Positions 12,401 to 20,075 of a stretch of 64,000 nucleotides of DNA are shown here, one piece after another. Both the position numbers and the translations under genes were made by a program. The DNA is from a virus: the IMG/VR virus record IMGVR_UViG_3300032249_000925, positions 1 through 64,000 of that record. One strand, written 5' to 3'. Every line of letters begins with the position of its first letter. The stretch's first letter is position 1. Below the pieces are notes generated by a model. That model was not told where the DNA came from, did not search any database, and saw only the letters and a list, made by a program, of their open reading frames with translations.

Positions 12401-12964
12401 TGCATCGGTCATGTCAACGCCTAGAGCTTGTGATGCGTTTTTAGCTACCTTAGTTAACTCCATCATTTGTTTACTAGACAATCCTGCAGCTGTACCTTTT
12501 GTAGTAGCTTCCATAGCTTCACGTAAAGATATTGCTCCGCCAGCAGCTTTTACCATATTTTGTGATAGTGCACCTAGTGCAATACCACTTCTTGCTCCAA
12601 GCTGATTCATACCTTCTACCATGGTAGTAGTATCCATGGCACTTTTTAAAGCATTAAATGCAACCATAGCAGCATAAGTATTAGCTGCTACAGTTGCATA
12701 CAGTTTAACTAAACCGCCTAAACCTTGCTGTTCATTAGCAAAATCTCTTGCACTAGCACCAGTTAAACCACTAGCGCCACGAGCACGACCATACTGTGTG
12801 CTTTCAGCAACTAATCCAGAAGCAGGTTTTTTTGATGCTAGCATATCTGCAGCTTTACTGGCGCGCTGCATATTATCCGCTACTTTGGCAGATCCATCAA
12901 TAACTTTTTCTAAGCTACCATCGCTATTAAATTTAAGAGTAAAATTAACTGTTTGACCGGCCAT
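6443..12964 (-). CDS. Tape measure protein
   Basis: ~2170 aa coiled-coil; T5 pb2-like N-terminus (GITKLEPELLDELG); lambda-type C-terminus (FAKGG, MGEAGPEAIMPL); ATG 12964 has a GGAG RBS. Confidence 0.9.
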   Translation of the reverse strand: MAGQTVNFTLKFNSDGSLEKVIDGSAKVADNMQRASKAADMLASKKPASGLVAESTQYGRARGASGLTGASARDFANEQQGLGGLVKLYATVAANTYAAMVAFNALKSAMDTTTMVEGMNQLGARSGIALGALSQNMVKAAGGAISLREAMEATTKGTAAGLSSKQMMELTKVAKNASQALGVDMTDALSRLSRGITKLEPELLDELGLFTKIGPATDEYARKIGKAASQLTDFERRQAFANAVLKEGSDKFGDINLPANPYKELEASLKNLGQTFLEITNKFIVPFANLFANNSTLLTAAIVGIGAKLTGMALPALGDWQKGLVDSAAKAKAAAADINTLFSESLVSRVNKSSNVDALKQELELQEKITQKAREEFSQTSKRTRTTTYTAVTKQPDQALGDEQLKKAKQDLNRITREYIALDDIAKDPKRAQAITKAERDRMLLLEKEEVILSNLIKQEELRIKKVEQLKAAEQQSIETIEKTNIGATAREKLSEKAGSKATKLDILSQVSGKTQKEGIGAAVEAADAAVAAAGKSLGKVDGFVTKTLARIISFVTEAGILFEAFVSPIIGWVAGIGIAFAVLDPILSSNTKQAQAFTDALENADEVINSATRTIDYINKQPAIFSSTSAGIKATSNAITELKDSFNTLVDTAKESREKMNFYWDKPIDFIAGFIGQDASTKLAKKLTEETLKALELFKRVSTSDKAEIELKAKLGIDSLSKSSLEKLFKTESGQELGKEALEKLTANIGNASSKLEAFKTTSEGVTKAYEIFIQGTANTDPLFSLAKAIQLNAQTIMDFKTDGIDMATAAMIDLAKSPEKGIFFGENFTNKLLDIKEGFLEQVTAINSVERGIRDLDKAAESLNTEKLELKQQQKSSPGFNPQRSRRLGEIEGELEKNQSTKQKLQQNLELLPRDKVEQAKSIFTEGLKSAFAEGSRLIDQALGNASERAAITIGKATLGALSGEERAKKETGLNQQEIKIQMRAIDTNIQLILSQERLKASIDLSSAKTQALIVEQKKDSTQAERDAARSEVRIAQAVRDTLDNISQPKAKASEPKVSELKASESKVSELKASEPKDASKNKSTIVSAPEKVTITVTNEQREGGRLLVPAKTEVQQLSEDEKARADARTLAAQQRVAAQEANRIQLQGAFTAEGIRGNIAQAAGRVEDLSKQLKLDKDVLDTKQKIASIESSILGYTTQRTQQSINQTEQEIKSKERKIEDLDIENKISVAKGVSAKKEVEKLEKQQAAIKLRQQEDTILVGTNQSLKNITNKYFEQRELLNNNYKLQTAAFEKEQARINLNSNLLSFFSKRNMLDAEYLTNQESLNREKQNELDYTKTIAAANKEYSDVISGINEKLEKMATQFKAIGELNKIAFKDPDLDADRETAKFKRQANESNKRVVKKEPEPTVIQETKLQSQILQGKNAINATIEDSKSAQVELTQAQNATIAAVQKELIERKKVVAVAEKEQEFALTKAASNTQSITFETVQNTNLQEDTQQMQQQAQVSNSVLDAQKATALATRNSKLALAELTKAQKDILEPIEKELTKRERLAATEEATIALRERMISLQADQLALSIQGLNYLDKTTLAEKQRYDTLTLEVALNREQRKLSQEISNQEFAIQQAAKAKDKDLEASLIKRKQELLINKEIIDKNQLQEKYLLKIRQAQEEVTNRAAQENAKIEYRNTLGSIGLELESETLQFNRNKFKVLQDQGLVSQQQVRDFEKSQQFAETDLRYRTQIKSIQEEIAKKVKEETDTQEKRKIVLDPDRKKKALLEEQAALQTELNSIQDTLNSKTADPQAMLRLKEDKQRLEERLVTVIAVTDNLETQTNLTSQIETLNYSIAGLEGQELADAQAKLATLKSQLNTYREITGTKPDAAENAQSAERVKRFTTEGEARIRLAKRSKDSTDEITQSTYQYSARTEAYLGALERGFDSLGDAIANFVKTGKLDFKSLIDSMLMDILRWEVKQATLAMYQGVRSGGGGNLLSTLGSAFVSSFIGGPEATITGSSGTYGMNTYSRAAKGAAFDGYGNKFAAGGAFDEGYPVHEFAKGGMFTNSIVNQPTMFKFAKGIGLMGEAGPEAIMPLKRDQNGNLGVRAEPSGSNVNVIVNNHSGQQAQTRENVDSRGNRTIEVTVGDMVAQQLATKGSSVQQTLAATYGTKPAISRR
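9727..9806 (-). repeat. 30-bp in-frame tandem repeat (~2.7 copies) in the tape measure gene
   Basis: Unit ctttag(g/a)ttcgctggctttaagttcgctaa at 9727, 9757 and 9787 (partial), encoding KVSELKASE(P/S). Confidence 0.9.
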
Positions 12965-13021
12965 TGTGCGCTCCAAGAGTTTTTAGTACACAAAAAATAA
13001 TTCAAATTTTTATGTATACCA

Positions 13022-13050
13022 ATTATAACATATAGGCAATAAGGTGTCAA
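13022..13050 (-). promoter_or_regulatory. sigma70 promoter for the tape measure/tail tip operon
   Basis: Minus strand TTGACA-17bp-TATAAT. Confidence 0.8.
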
Positions 13051-13064
13051 TATAAAAATTTTTT

Positions 13065-13104
13065 AACAATAAAAAACCCGCTATTAAGCGGGTTTTTTAT
13101 TGTT
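13065..13104. terminator. Bidirectional intrinsic terminator
   Basis: 18-bp perfect inverted repeat aacaataaaaaacccgct-atta-agcgggttttttattgtt. Confidence 0.85.
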
Positions 13105-13425
13105 GATCTGTTCACTACGAATGCCGTCTATGGTTTTGATTAGTTGAAAAATAAATTTTTTATCTACTAAATCAGTAATCTCTAAGTACTCAAATATATC
13201 TTGAATACCTACTAAGCTTTTACCTAAATAGATGCCATTCATACCTTCCCATTGATCTTGCAGTAGTCTATAAACTAACAATGCTTGTTGCAATTCTATG
13301 GGTAAATCTTCAAATTCAATTGGAATTTCAGATTCAATAGGCTCATTACCCATTTGCTCACATATTTCAAAATATGTAGCCTTAGTTACACTAAGATTAC
13401 TATTTTGCATATAATTATTGAGCAA
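13084..13425 (-). CDS. Tail assembly chaperone, C-terminal (gpT-like) frame reached by -1 frameshift
   Basis: Frame is open from the slippery site at 13464 to its stop; located upstream of the tape measure gene. Confidence 0.8.
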   Translation of the reverse strand: MLNNYMQNSNLSVTKATYFEICEQMGNEPIESEIPIEFEDLPIELQQALLVYRLLQDQWEGMNGIYLGKSLVGIQDIFEYLEITDLVDKKFIFQLIKTIDGIRSEQINNKKPA

Positions 13426-13430
13426 AGTAT

Positions 13431-13850
13431 TTATTTGTTGGAATTGCTCGTTGAAAAGTTTCCCAAGTCGCCTACTTGTTCAGTAATCCAAGCATCAAAA
13501 TTGCTAGAATTTTTCATTAAGTAGAGGGCATTTTCATTTGAAAACTGCAAGTAGTCTTCTAAGTCTTGTCCAGTAAGATCTACTGGTGCAAGTTGCTCTA
13601 GATACTTTAGTTTAAGTCCAGACCAGCCTTTAATAGCGTTTTGAACGTATAATTCTAAAAACAGCTCGTCATCAAATTCTTCTTGTGGTTGGCGGTTTTT
13701 AAAAGTAGTTTTAGTAGATTTTTTGCGAATATTAATTAGTGTTTCGCGAGATAAAAAACTAAGTTGTAGTTTAAAATCAGGCATACCAGGATATTCAATT
13801 TCTACAGATTTTGATGGTACTAGTAGTGTTTTAAGTGAAAGTGTTGTCAT
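13431..13850 (-). CDS. Tail assembly chaperone (gpG-like)
   Basis: Between tail tube and tape measure genes; IKGWSGL motif; ends just after GGGAAAC. Confidence 0.85.
   Translation of the reverse strand: MTTLSLKTLLVPSKSVEIEYPGMPDFKLQLSFLSRETLINIRKKSTKTTFKNRQPQEEFDDELFLELYVQNAIKGWSGLKLKYLEQLAPVDLTGQDLEDYLQFSNENALYLMKNSSNFDAWITEQVGDLGNFSTSNSNK
13458..13464 (-). promoter_or_regulatory. -1 programmed ribosomal frameshift heptamer GGGAAAC
   Basis: TTG GGA AAC in frame 0; the -1 frame reads KLFNEQFQQINTLLNNYMQ into the downstream ORF without a stop. Confidence 0.85.
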
Positions 13851-13866
13851 AGGAACCTTTGTTGGT

Positions 13867-13898
13867 AAAGAAACCAGAGCCTAAACTCTGGTTTCTTT
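13867..13898 (-). terminator. Hairpin/terminator after the major tail gene
   Basis: aaagaaaccagag-cctaaa-ctctggtttcttt. Confidence 0.7.
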
Positions 13899-13919
13899 TG
13901 AGTTAAATTATTAAATTAC

Positions 13920-15185
13920 TTATGGTATGATGATGTTTGTGGGGCTATAATATTTAAGTGATACTTCGTTACTTAGAGCAATATCAAAAGTATTACTAGC
14001 AGTGTAACTTTGAGCAGTAAAGTTAATTGTAGTAGACATAACCTGTTGTGTAGCAATTGTAGGAATACCTAGTACTACTGCAGGTAGGTCAATATCTACT
14101 CTAGTCTCATTACTAGCTCCGCCAATAGATAACACAATTTCAAATGCAGGACTGACGTCTGTTACTGAATTTTTAAGCATGTCTGCTAATAGCGTTGCAC
14201 TATAATTTGCACCAGTACCACTACGTAAGTAAGCATTTAAAGTACCAGTAATACTGCGTGTACCTGTAAAGTATGTGCAGGGCTGATTAACAATACCTAA
14301 GTTAGCAGGCGTTAAGTAACTAACATTATTAGCAAATACAATGCTACCACCAGTTAGTGGAACAGTATAGGTTTTGCTAGCAACAGTAGCTACAGTAGCA
14401 GCGTTAATATTTGACTTTAAAGTCATGGTACTTAATTTATTAGCAATATAAGGTGCTGCAGTAATTTTATTCCTAAAGCTACCAGCTGTTATTCCGCCAC
14501 TCATTGAATTAGTTACTGCACCAGTTGATGGACCATCAGTAATAGTTATTTTAGTTGTAGGTTGTATTAGTCGAGTAGCTTTACCAGTCCAAGCAATTGT
14601 TGCAATTGCATCTAGTCCAAAATCAATAGTAGCTGTGTCTAATGTACAGTTTTCAATAAAGAATGTGGTGTCCTCAAACACAATAATTAAACCAAATTTT
14701 TGTAGCTGGTGAACCTGTGAATTGGTTACTACTACTTCAGCGTAGCTGGGTGTAGTAATTGAAGATCCGGTACTAGCAACTACAGGAGCAGTTTCTGACC
14801 AAGCACCGCCAGCACCAGTTGCATTATCAATTTTTGTAGCACTAAACATTGCGTTCCATAATACGCGTTCTTCAGCAGTAACTCTACCTAGAGTAACTGC
14901 AGGTGTGTTATTATCAGCTGGACGAATATATGTAGTAAAGCTAAAATCAACTGGATTAAGTGCGGTATTAAACTGGCGTTGACCACGTGTTGGCTCAGGG
15001 CCAGATTCGTTTAGTGTAACTGTTTCTGAAGAAGTATTTTGACTAAAACTAAATCCATCTAGTACTTGAATTTCTTGGATAGTGTCTGCTGTATTATTAG
15101 TAGCTGCTGTAGTAATTGCGCCAGTATTTATATCTACGTTTGTAGTAAAGAACACTCTGGCGTTACGTAATAAATTATATGACAT
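13920..15185 (-). CDS. Major tail tube protein (T5 pb6-like)
   Basis: LLRNARVF, EIQVLDGFSFSQ, FNTALNPVDFSFTTYIRP, FTGTRSITGTLNAYL resemble T5 pb6. Confidence 0.85.
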   Translation of the reverse strand: MSYNLLRNARVFFTTNVDINTGAITTAATNNTADTIQEIQVLDGFSFSQNTSSETVTLNESGPEPTRGQRQFNTALNPVDFSFTTYIRPADNNTPAVTLGRVTAEERVLWNAMFSATKIDNATGAGGAWSETAPVVASTGSSITTPSYAEVVVTNSQVHQLQKFGLIIVFEDTTFFIENCTLDTATIDFGLDAIATIAWTGKATRLIQPTTKITITDGPSTGAVTNSMSGGITAGSFRNKITAAPYIANKLSTMTLKSNINAATVATVASKTYTVPLTGGSIVFANNVSYLTPANLGIVNQPCTYFTGTRSITGTLNAYLRSGTGANYSATLLADMLKNSVTDVSPAFEIVLSIGGASNETRVDIDLPAVVLGIPTIATQQVMSTTINFTAQSYTASNTFDIALSNEVSLKYYSPTNIIIP

Positions 15186-15261
15186 TTTACCATTCCTTTT
15201 TGTTAATGCTTAAAACGCATAAACTAGATCTTTATCTGTTACGGCATTTTAGCATGGTTGC

Positions 15262-15699
15262 TTATGGTACGGCGTAACGTACCTGTAAGTTTATCTCGCC
15301 TACAGCATAAGGTGCTAGTAGGCCTTCATCTGTTGTAATGGACTGAATCATTATTTCCGCAGTTTGTAGACCTGTTGTAGTATTATAAACAAGTCTATCT
15401 AAGCCATCCAAGGTATATTCAATATCTTGCAATAGTAGTTCTAGCTGACTAGCGCTGTTTTCACCATGACAGTAGATTTTAATACTAACGCCTAAAAATG
15501 CCCACTTAAAATTACTGGGATGATATTCACGTAATTCTGTACCTGGTGAAATGTACACGCTAGGAAAATCTTGTACTTCGTCCCAAAATTTTAGTTTTGG
15601 TACAACGTTGTTAAATAGGTTTACATTATAAGGAGGTGTACCGTTAATCTTTTTTAGTTCTGTAGCTAAACTATTAACAATACTTATGCGTCTGCTCAT
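15262..15699 (-). CDS. Tail terminator protein (T5 p142-like)
   Basis: SITTDEGLLAPYAVGEINLQVRY motif; position. Confidence 0.8.
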   Translation of the reverse strand: MSRRISIVNSLATELKKINGTPPYNVNLFNNVVPKLKFWDEVQDFPSVYISPGTELREYHPSNFKWAFLGVSIKIYCHGENSASQLELLLQDIEYTLDGLDRLVYNTTTGLQTAEIMIQSITTDEGLLAPYAVGEINLQVRYAVP

Positions 15700-17417
15700 A
15701 CTAATACGGCCCTTAATCTATTTTGTACTTTGGTTTCAGCAATTTCTCTGATTGACTTGCTTATAAGAAGTTTTGGATCTCTAGTTCTTGGATATTCTTG
15801 ACGACCGCCAGTACTAAAAGTAGCATAAGGGTTACGCATATAAGTATAAAATGCTGTAATCATGCCCTGTCTGCTTTCACTTAGTCGCTCTACTTTAACA
15901 CTTTCAGCAAATCTACCCGTACGCAAATTTAATATGTTTTTGCTATTACCAGTACCCATGTTTTGTTTTATTTGGTCTGTTAATTTTGCATTGATTAAAT
16001 TTTGTAAATTTAGTAAATTTATCTGTTGATTGCCATCAACTACTGTTGTAGCAGAACTAGAACTTCCTTTATTTTTATTAGACATGCCAGGTGATATTTT
16101 TTGATCTTTTCCTTTAACTTGAATTAAGCTATCTGTTCCTATTTTAGAACTAGTAGCTTTTGAGTTTGATCCTTTATATTTTTTATTAGTCATTGCTGAA
16201 ACAATATAATTTTCTACTGTTTCTTTAAGAGTTGGTGATAAACGCAGACCTTTAAATACAAACTCAAAATTATTTACTATTGCAGTCTTAAATTCTTTGG
16301 CTAAGTCTCTATAAGATTTATTTAATTTAGCCTTTAATGCTGCATCTATATTAGCTAATTCGCTGGTTGATAATGACCCCGAATTAATAACTGACGGCAT
16401 AGTTTGTAGATATGATATTCCTAGCGATAATCCTAATTTATTAGGATCTGCATAATCAGCATTTACTTCTAAATTCCAATTACTGTGTCCAGTATTTACT
16501 GCAAAGTCATCTAATAAACCCGGTGCATCTATGCTATTATTAAATAATATTAATGATGCCATTTGTATTAGTGGAGTATTTATACCTATTATTTTGCTAC
16601 CACTTTTTAGTCCTGTGTGTCCTGCAGCAGCAAAATTACCTGCTAAAAATTTTCCGGAATTTACATTAATTTGTATACTATATTCATTATATAACTGACT
16701 TATAAGACTTTGTGTTATTACATTATGTACATTATCTGTTATACTACTAAAACTTGGTAATGTTACAAATAGGCTTGTTGAACTATTAAAATTACTAATA
16801 ATAGTTTGTGGGTCAGATATTTTACAAACACCTATAGCCTTAAATGTCTGAGATAATTTTGCACCTATAATTCGTAGTTTATTTTCTGCTGTAGTATCTG
16901 CTATATCTATAGCTAATCCGGCTAAGGCCTTTACTACTTCGTTGCTTAAAACAGTTATTTTATTACTAATATCTACTATTTTTGTAGATTTAGTAATAGT
17001 AGTATTAAGCTTATTAAGAGTTTTAGTAATAAGGTTATTTTTGTTATTTAGAATGTAATTATATACTAAAGTATATTCTTCTAAAAACCCAAAATTTTTA
17101 TGTTTAAGTTCGCTAAAAAATACATTCTGTTCTTGTATAGAAGTACCTTCATTGCGCGTTATAGTTAAACTATTTAAATATCCGGCTATTTTTTCCTGAG
17201 AATTACTAGGATGTAATTCTTTTAACATTTCATCTATAATTATTTCTACATTAATTAGATAAAATACAGGTAAATTGTCTTCGACTATTTTTCTAAAATT
17301 ATCCCCTAGTTTAGTAGCAGTATTTTTAATTCTATCAGCTACTAATCTTTGATTGTCAGCATCTAATTTTTCTCTGCTGCCTAATAATATTTGTAAAAAG
17401 GCCCCGGCATTATTCAT
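15696..17417 (-). CDS. Tail completion/neck protein (T5 p143-like C-terminal domain) with long N-terminal extension
   Basis: C-terminal RTGRFAESV...YTYMRNPY...RDPKLLISKSIREIA; position. Confidence 0.65.
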   Translation of the reverse strand: MNNAGAFLQILLGSREKLDADNQRLVADRIKNTATKLGDNFRKIVEDNLPVFYLINVEIIIDEMLKELHPSNSQEKIAGYLNSLTITRNEGTSIQEQNVFFSELKHKNFGFLEEYTLVYNYILNNKNNLITKTLNKLNTTITKSTKIVDISNKITVLSNEVVKALAGLAIDIADTTAENKLRIIGAKLSQTFKAIGVCKISDPQTIISNFNSSTSLFVTLPSFSSITDNVHNVITQSLISQLYNEYSIQINVNSGKFLAGNFAAAGHTGLKSGSKIIGINTPLIQMASLILFNNSIDAPGLLDDFAVNTGHSNWNLEVNADYADPNKLGLSLGISYLQTMPSVINSGSLSTSELANIDAALKAKLNKSYRDLAKEFKTAIVNNFEFVFKGLRLSPTLKETVENYIVSAMTNKKYKGSNSKATSSKIGTDSLIQVKGKDQKISPGMSNKNKGSSSSATTVVDGNQQINLLNLQNLINAKLTDQIKQNMGTGNSKNILNLRTGRFAESVKVERLSESRQGMITAFYTYMRNPYATFSTGGRQEYPRTRDPKLLISKSIREIAETKVQNRLRAVLV

Positions 17418-17989
17418 GTATAATCTACTCTATACTGATCTAACACTCTGCGAATATGTGCAGGCAGTGTAGTTGTTGATATATACTCAATTTGTATATT
17501 ATTAGTACCAGGCGCTTTACTGCTGTGTATACTCATATCGTTTTTACGATAGTAGGTTACCATATCCATTATAGCTAAACCTAAATCTGGTGGCACATCG
17601 TCCCAACCGCCGTAATAGGTAACACGATAGCCCCTAACCTGTGGTCTAAAAACAGGAGTTGCTATGCTAACTAAATTGTCGCCATCTTGAACCCAGTCTA
17701 CGTATTGTACTAGTGGAACATAATTTTGTCCATAATTTTCACTATAAGCAAAATCAACAATACTAACTAATGGTGTTTCTGTAAGTAGTATAGTATTGAA
17801 TCCGCCTGAAAATACTTCTACTTTAGGTACATCAGGTAATGCAAAGTAATCTACAAATGTTCTGCCACAGTAATTTTTTACAAACTGACTTATTCTAGTA
17901 ATAAGTGCATCAATTTCAGCATCATAGTTTGTGCTTTTAATTCCTGCATAAGTTTTATACTCTGTGCGAGTAATTAAGTTATAAGCCAT
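17414..17989 (-). CDS. Head completion/head-tail connector protein
   Basis: LITRTEYKTYAGI, YYGGWDDVPPDL, LPAHIRRVLDQYR; follows the capsid gene. Confidence 0.85.
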   Translation of the reverse strand: MAYNLITRTEYKTYAGIKSTNYDAEIDALITRISQFVKNYCGRTFVDYFALPDVPKVEVFSGGFNTILLTETPLVSIVDFAYSENYGQNYVPLVQYVDWVQDGDNLVSIATPVFRPQVRGYRVTYYGGWDDVPPDLGLAIMDMVTYYRKNDMSIHSSKAPGTNNIQIEYISTTTLPAHIRRVLDQYRVDYT

Positions 17990-18001
17990 TATTACTCCTT
18001 A

Positions 18002-18060
18002 TGTCTTTTAAATAGCTTCCGTAAAAGCTATTTAAAAGACAGGGCTTTTCAGCCCTGTCT
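18002..18060 (-). terminator. Tandem hairpins after the capsid gene
   Basis: tgtcttttaaatagctt/aagctatttaaaagaca overlapping agacagggct-tttc-agccctgtct. Confidence 0.7.
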
Positions 18061-18077
18061 AATGGTTTAACTAAATA

Positions 18078-20066
18078 TCAAGCAAAGATTAGTCTAGAAA
18101 CACCTGGACCATAGTTACTTGTAACTTGCGCAAAACCAGTACGTAAGCTAGCAACCATAACACGGCGCTGTGTTTCAACTAGTTCTTGTGTATCAATACG
18201 TAGACCACGTTGATTACCAATTACGAAGTTGCCTGGAGCAATACAGAAAGCACCAATGTTATTAAATGTTGTGCCTGCTGTAGTTGTAGTACCATCTAGC
18301 TCGCCACTAACTAGTACTGGGCTGTTACCAATTTGGCCGATTTGACCTGTTAGTAATGTAGCTGAAGGACCAACTTGGTTCATAGTCTGGAATACTGTGT
18401 CTTCTAGTAGATTGTAGTAGATATTGGTATTAACAACATAAACTACATCTGCTGGATCAAGACCCCAAACTCCAAGTTGTCTACGTAGTGAACGTAAATT
18501 AGCAACTGTAACTGCTGTAGTGGCACCAGTAATTGAAGTAGTATTAGCGGTTGCACTACCACCTACACCACCAATTGCCCAAGTACCTAAACCAACAACT
18601 GGGTCGCCACTAGTAGCACCAGGTGCTGTGTTACCACCACCACGTAGGATTGCTTTATCAACTGCACGAGCAACGCGACGAATCATGCCATCACGAATTA
18701 CAGGCATAATAGCAAGAAGGCTATCTTCCTCTTCTTCGTAAGCTGTGTACTCGTTGGTAGCAACTTTGTACGCGCTTAATGTGACTTCTTTAATTGCATG
18801 TATTTGACTAGTACCAGCACTAGCACTAGCACCAAAACTTGTGTTATCAACCCAAGTAGCGCTACCTGCTTCTGGATTAACTGGAATCTTCATTACGTTA
18901 GTTTGCATAGCAATCTGACGGAATAGTGGTGCAACTACTAGTCTACGACGAACTTCAGCTTCCATTGATAGTGAAACTTCTTGTTCCCAAGTAGCATTAG
19001 GTAAGTGTGGGCCTTGGCCACTACCAGCATATTTTTGAACTAAGTCATAACCAAATTTGGTAGACTCAATTGGCTTGTTAGCCATTTTAGCTAGTAGAAC
19101 TGCTTTTTCTTTGTCTGCGTAGCTTAGTTCATTCTTGTCACTAGCAAAATGCATACGTGACTTTTGAACAGCTTCTAGTTCTTGAGCTTTTTCTTTTAGT
19201 GCAGCTTCTAGACCAGCAATTGCGCTTTTTTGTGTTTCTTGTTCAGCAGCAAAGCGCTTTTCAACTTCTGCTAGTAAACGCTCAGCACCTGTATCAACTG
19301 TTTGTACAGTTGCAACAGCTGCTTTAATTTTAGCGTCAAAATCAGCTGCAGCTTTTTCAGCAGCTGCTTTTTCAACAGCAGCTTTTTCTTGTGCGTCTGT
19401 AATGTGTTTTGCTGCTAGTTGAGCAGCTTTTTCAGCAGCCTCAGCTACTAACTGTTCGATCTGTTTTGAATCCATGTTCAATTCCTTTATAGTTTCGCCA
19501 TTTGCTACTGTAGAGGAGTCTAGCTCTTTAGCTGATTCCGATTTAAGTGCAAATTGCAGTTTGAAAGACCTTAGTTCTTCACTTGTATCAAAAGATTTAG
19601 ATAAACTAAAAATGGTGTTTTGGTTTGCGGGTACAGAAACTACAGAAATTTCGTGTAGTTCTAGTTCTTTAACAACAAACAGCTCAGTAGCTGAATCATA
19701 TTGTGCGTCTATAATGCGAAAGCCGATACTAAAAGCAGTTAATACGCCGTCTTTTATTAAATTAAAGACGTCTTCTGCAGCTGCAGAAATTCTTGCCTTA
19801 ATCCATAAACCTTTATCATCTACTCTATGTTCTATCATTCTACCAACTGGTTGGCAATGCTCATGGTAAGCTAAAATTACTGGATTTTTTAAGTAATTTT
19901 CCATGCCTTTTTGCCAAACTTTAGCTGAAACAACGTCGCCTTGCCTATCCATGTCTATGGTACTTGCGTAACCTTCGACCATAATTGAGTCAATTGTTTC
20001 ACTAGCTGTTGGTAGATCCATGCTTTTAGTAAAAGCACTAGTTAAGTGTAATACTTTATCTACCAT
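18078..20066 (-). CDS. HK97-type prohead protease fused in frame to major capsid protein (internal capsid start likely at 19475)
   Basis: VEGYAST...NPVILAYH...FSIGF...LHEISVVSVPAN protease motifs, then coiled-coil delta domain and HK97 capsid fold; AAGGAA 6 nt before the internal ATG 19475. Confidence 0.9.
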   Translation of the reverse strand: MVDKVLHLTSAFTKSMDLPTASETIDSIMVEGYASTIDMDRQGDVVSAKVWQKGMENYLKNPVILAYHEHCQPVGRMIEHRVDDKGLWIKARISAAAEDVFNLIKDGVLTAFSIGFRIIDAQYDSATELFVVKELELHEISVVSVPANQNTIFSLSKSFDTSEELRSFKLQFALKSESAKELDSSTVANGETIKELNMDSKQIEQLVAEAAEKAAQLAAKHITDAQEKAAVEKAAAEKAAADFDAKIKAAVATVQTVDTGAERLLAEVEKRFAAEQETQKSAIAGLEAALKEKAQELEAVQKSRMHFASDKNELSYADKEKAVLLAKMANKPIESTKFGYDLVQKYAGSGQGPHLPNATWEQEVSLSMEAEVRRRLVVAPLFRQIAMQTNVMKIPVNPEAGSATWVDNTSFGASASAGTSQIHAIKEVTLSAYKVATNEYTAYEEEEDSLLAIMPVIRDGMIRRVARAVDKAILRGGGNTAPGATSGDPVVGLGTWAIGGVGGSATANTTSITGATTAVTVANLRSLRRQLGVWGLDPADVVYVVNTNIYYNLLEDTVFQTMNQVGPSATLLTGQIGQIGNSPVLVSGELDGTTTTAGTTFNNIGAFCIAPGNFVIGNQRGLRIDTQELVETQRRVMVASLRTGFAQVTSNYGPGVSRLIFA

Positions 20067-20075
20067 ATTCTCTCC

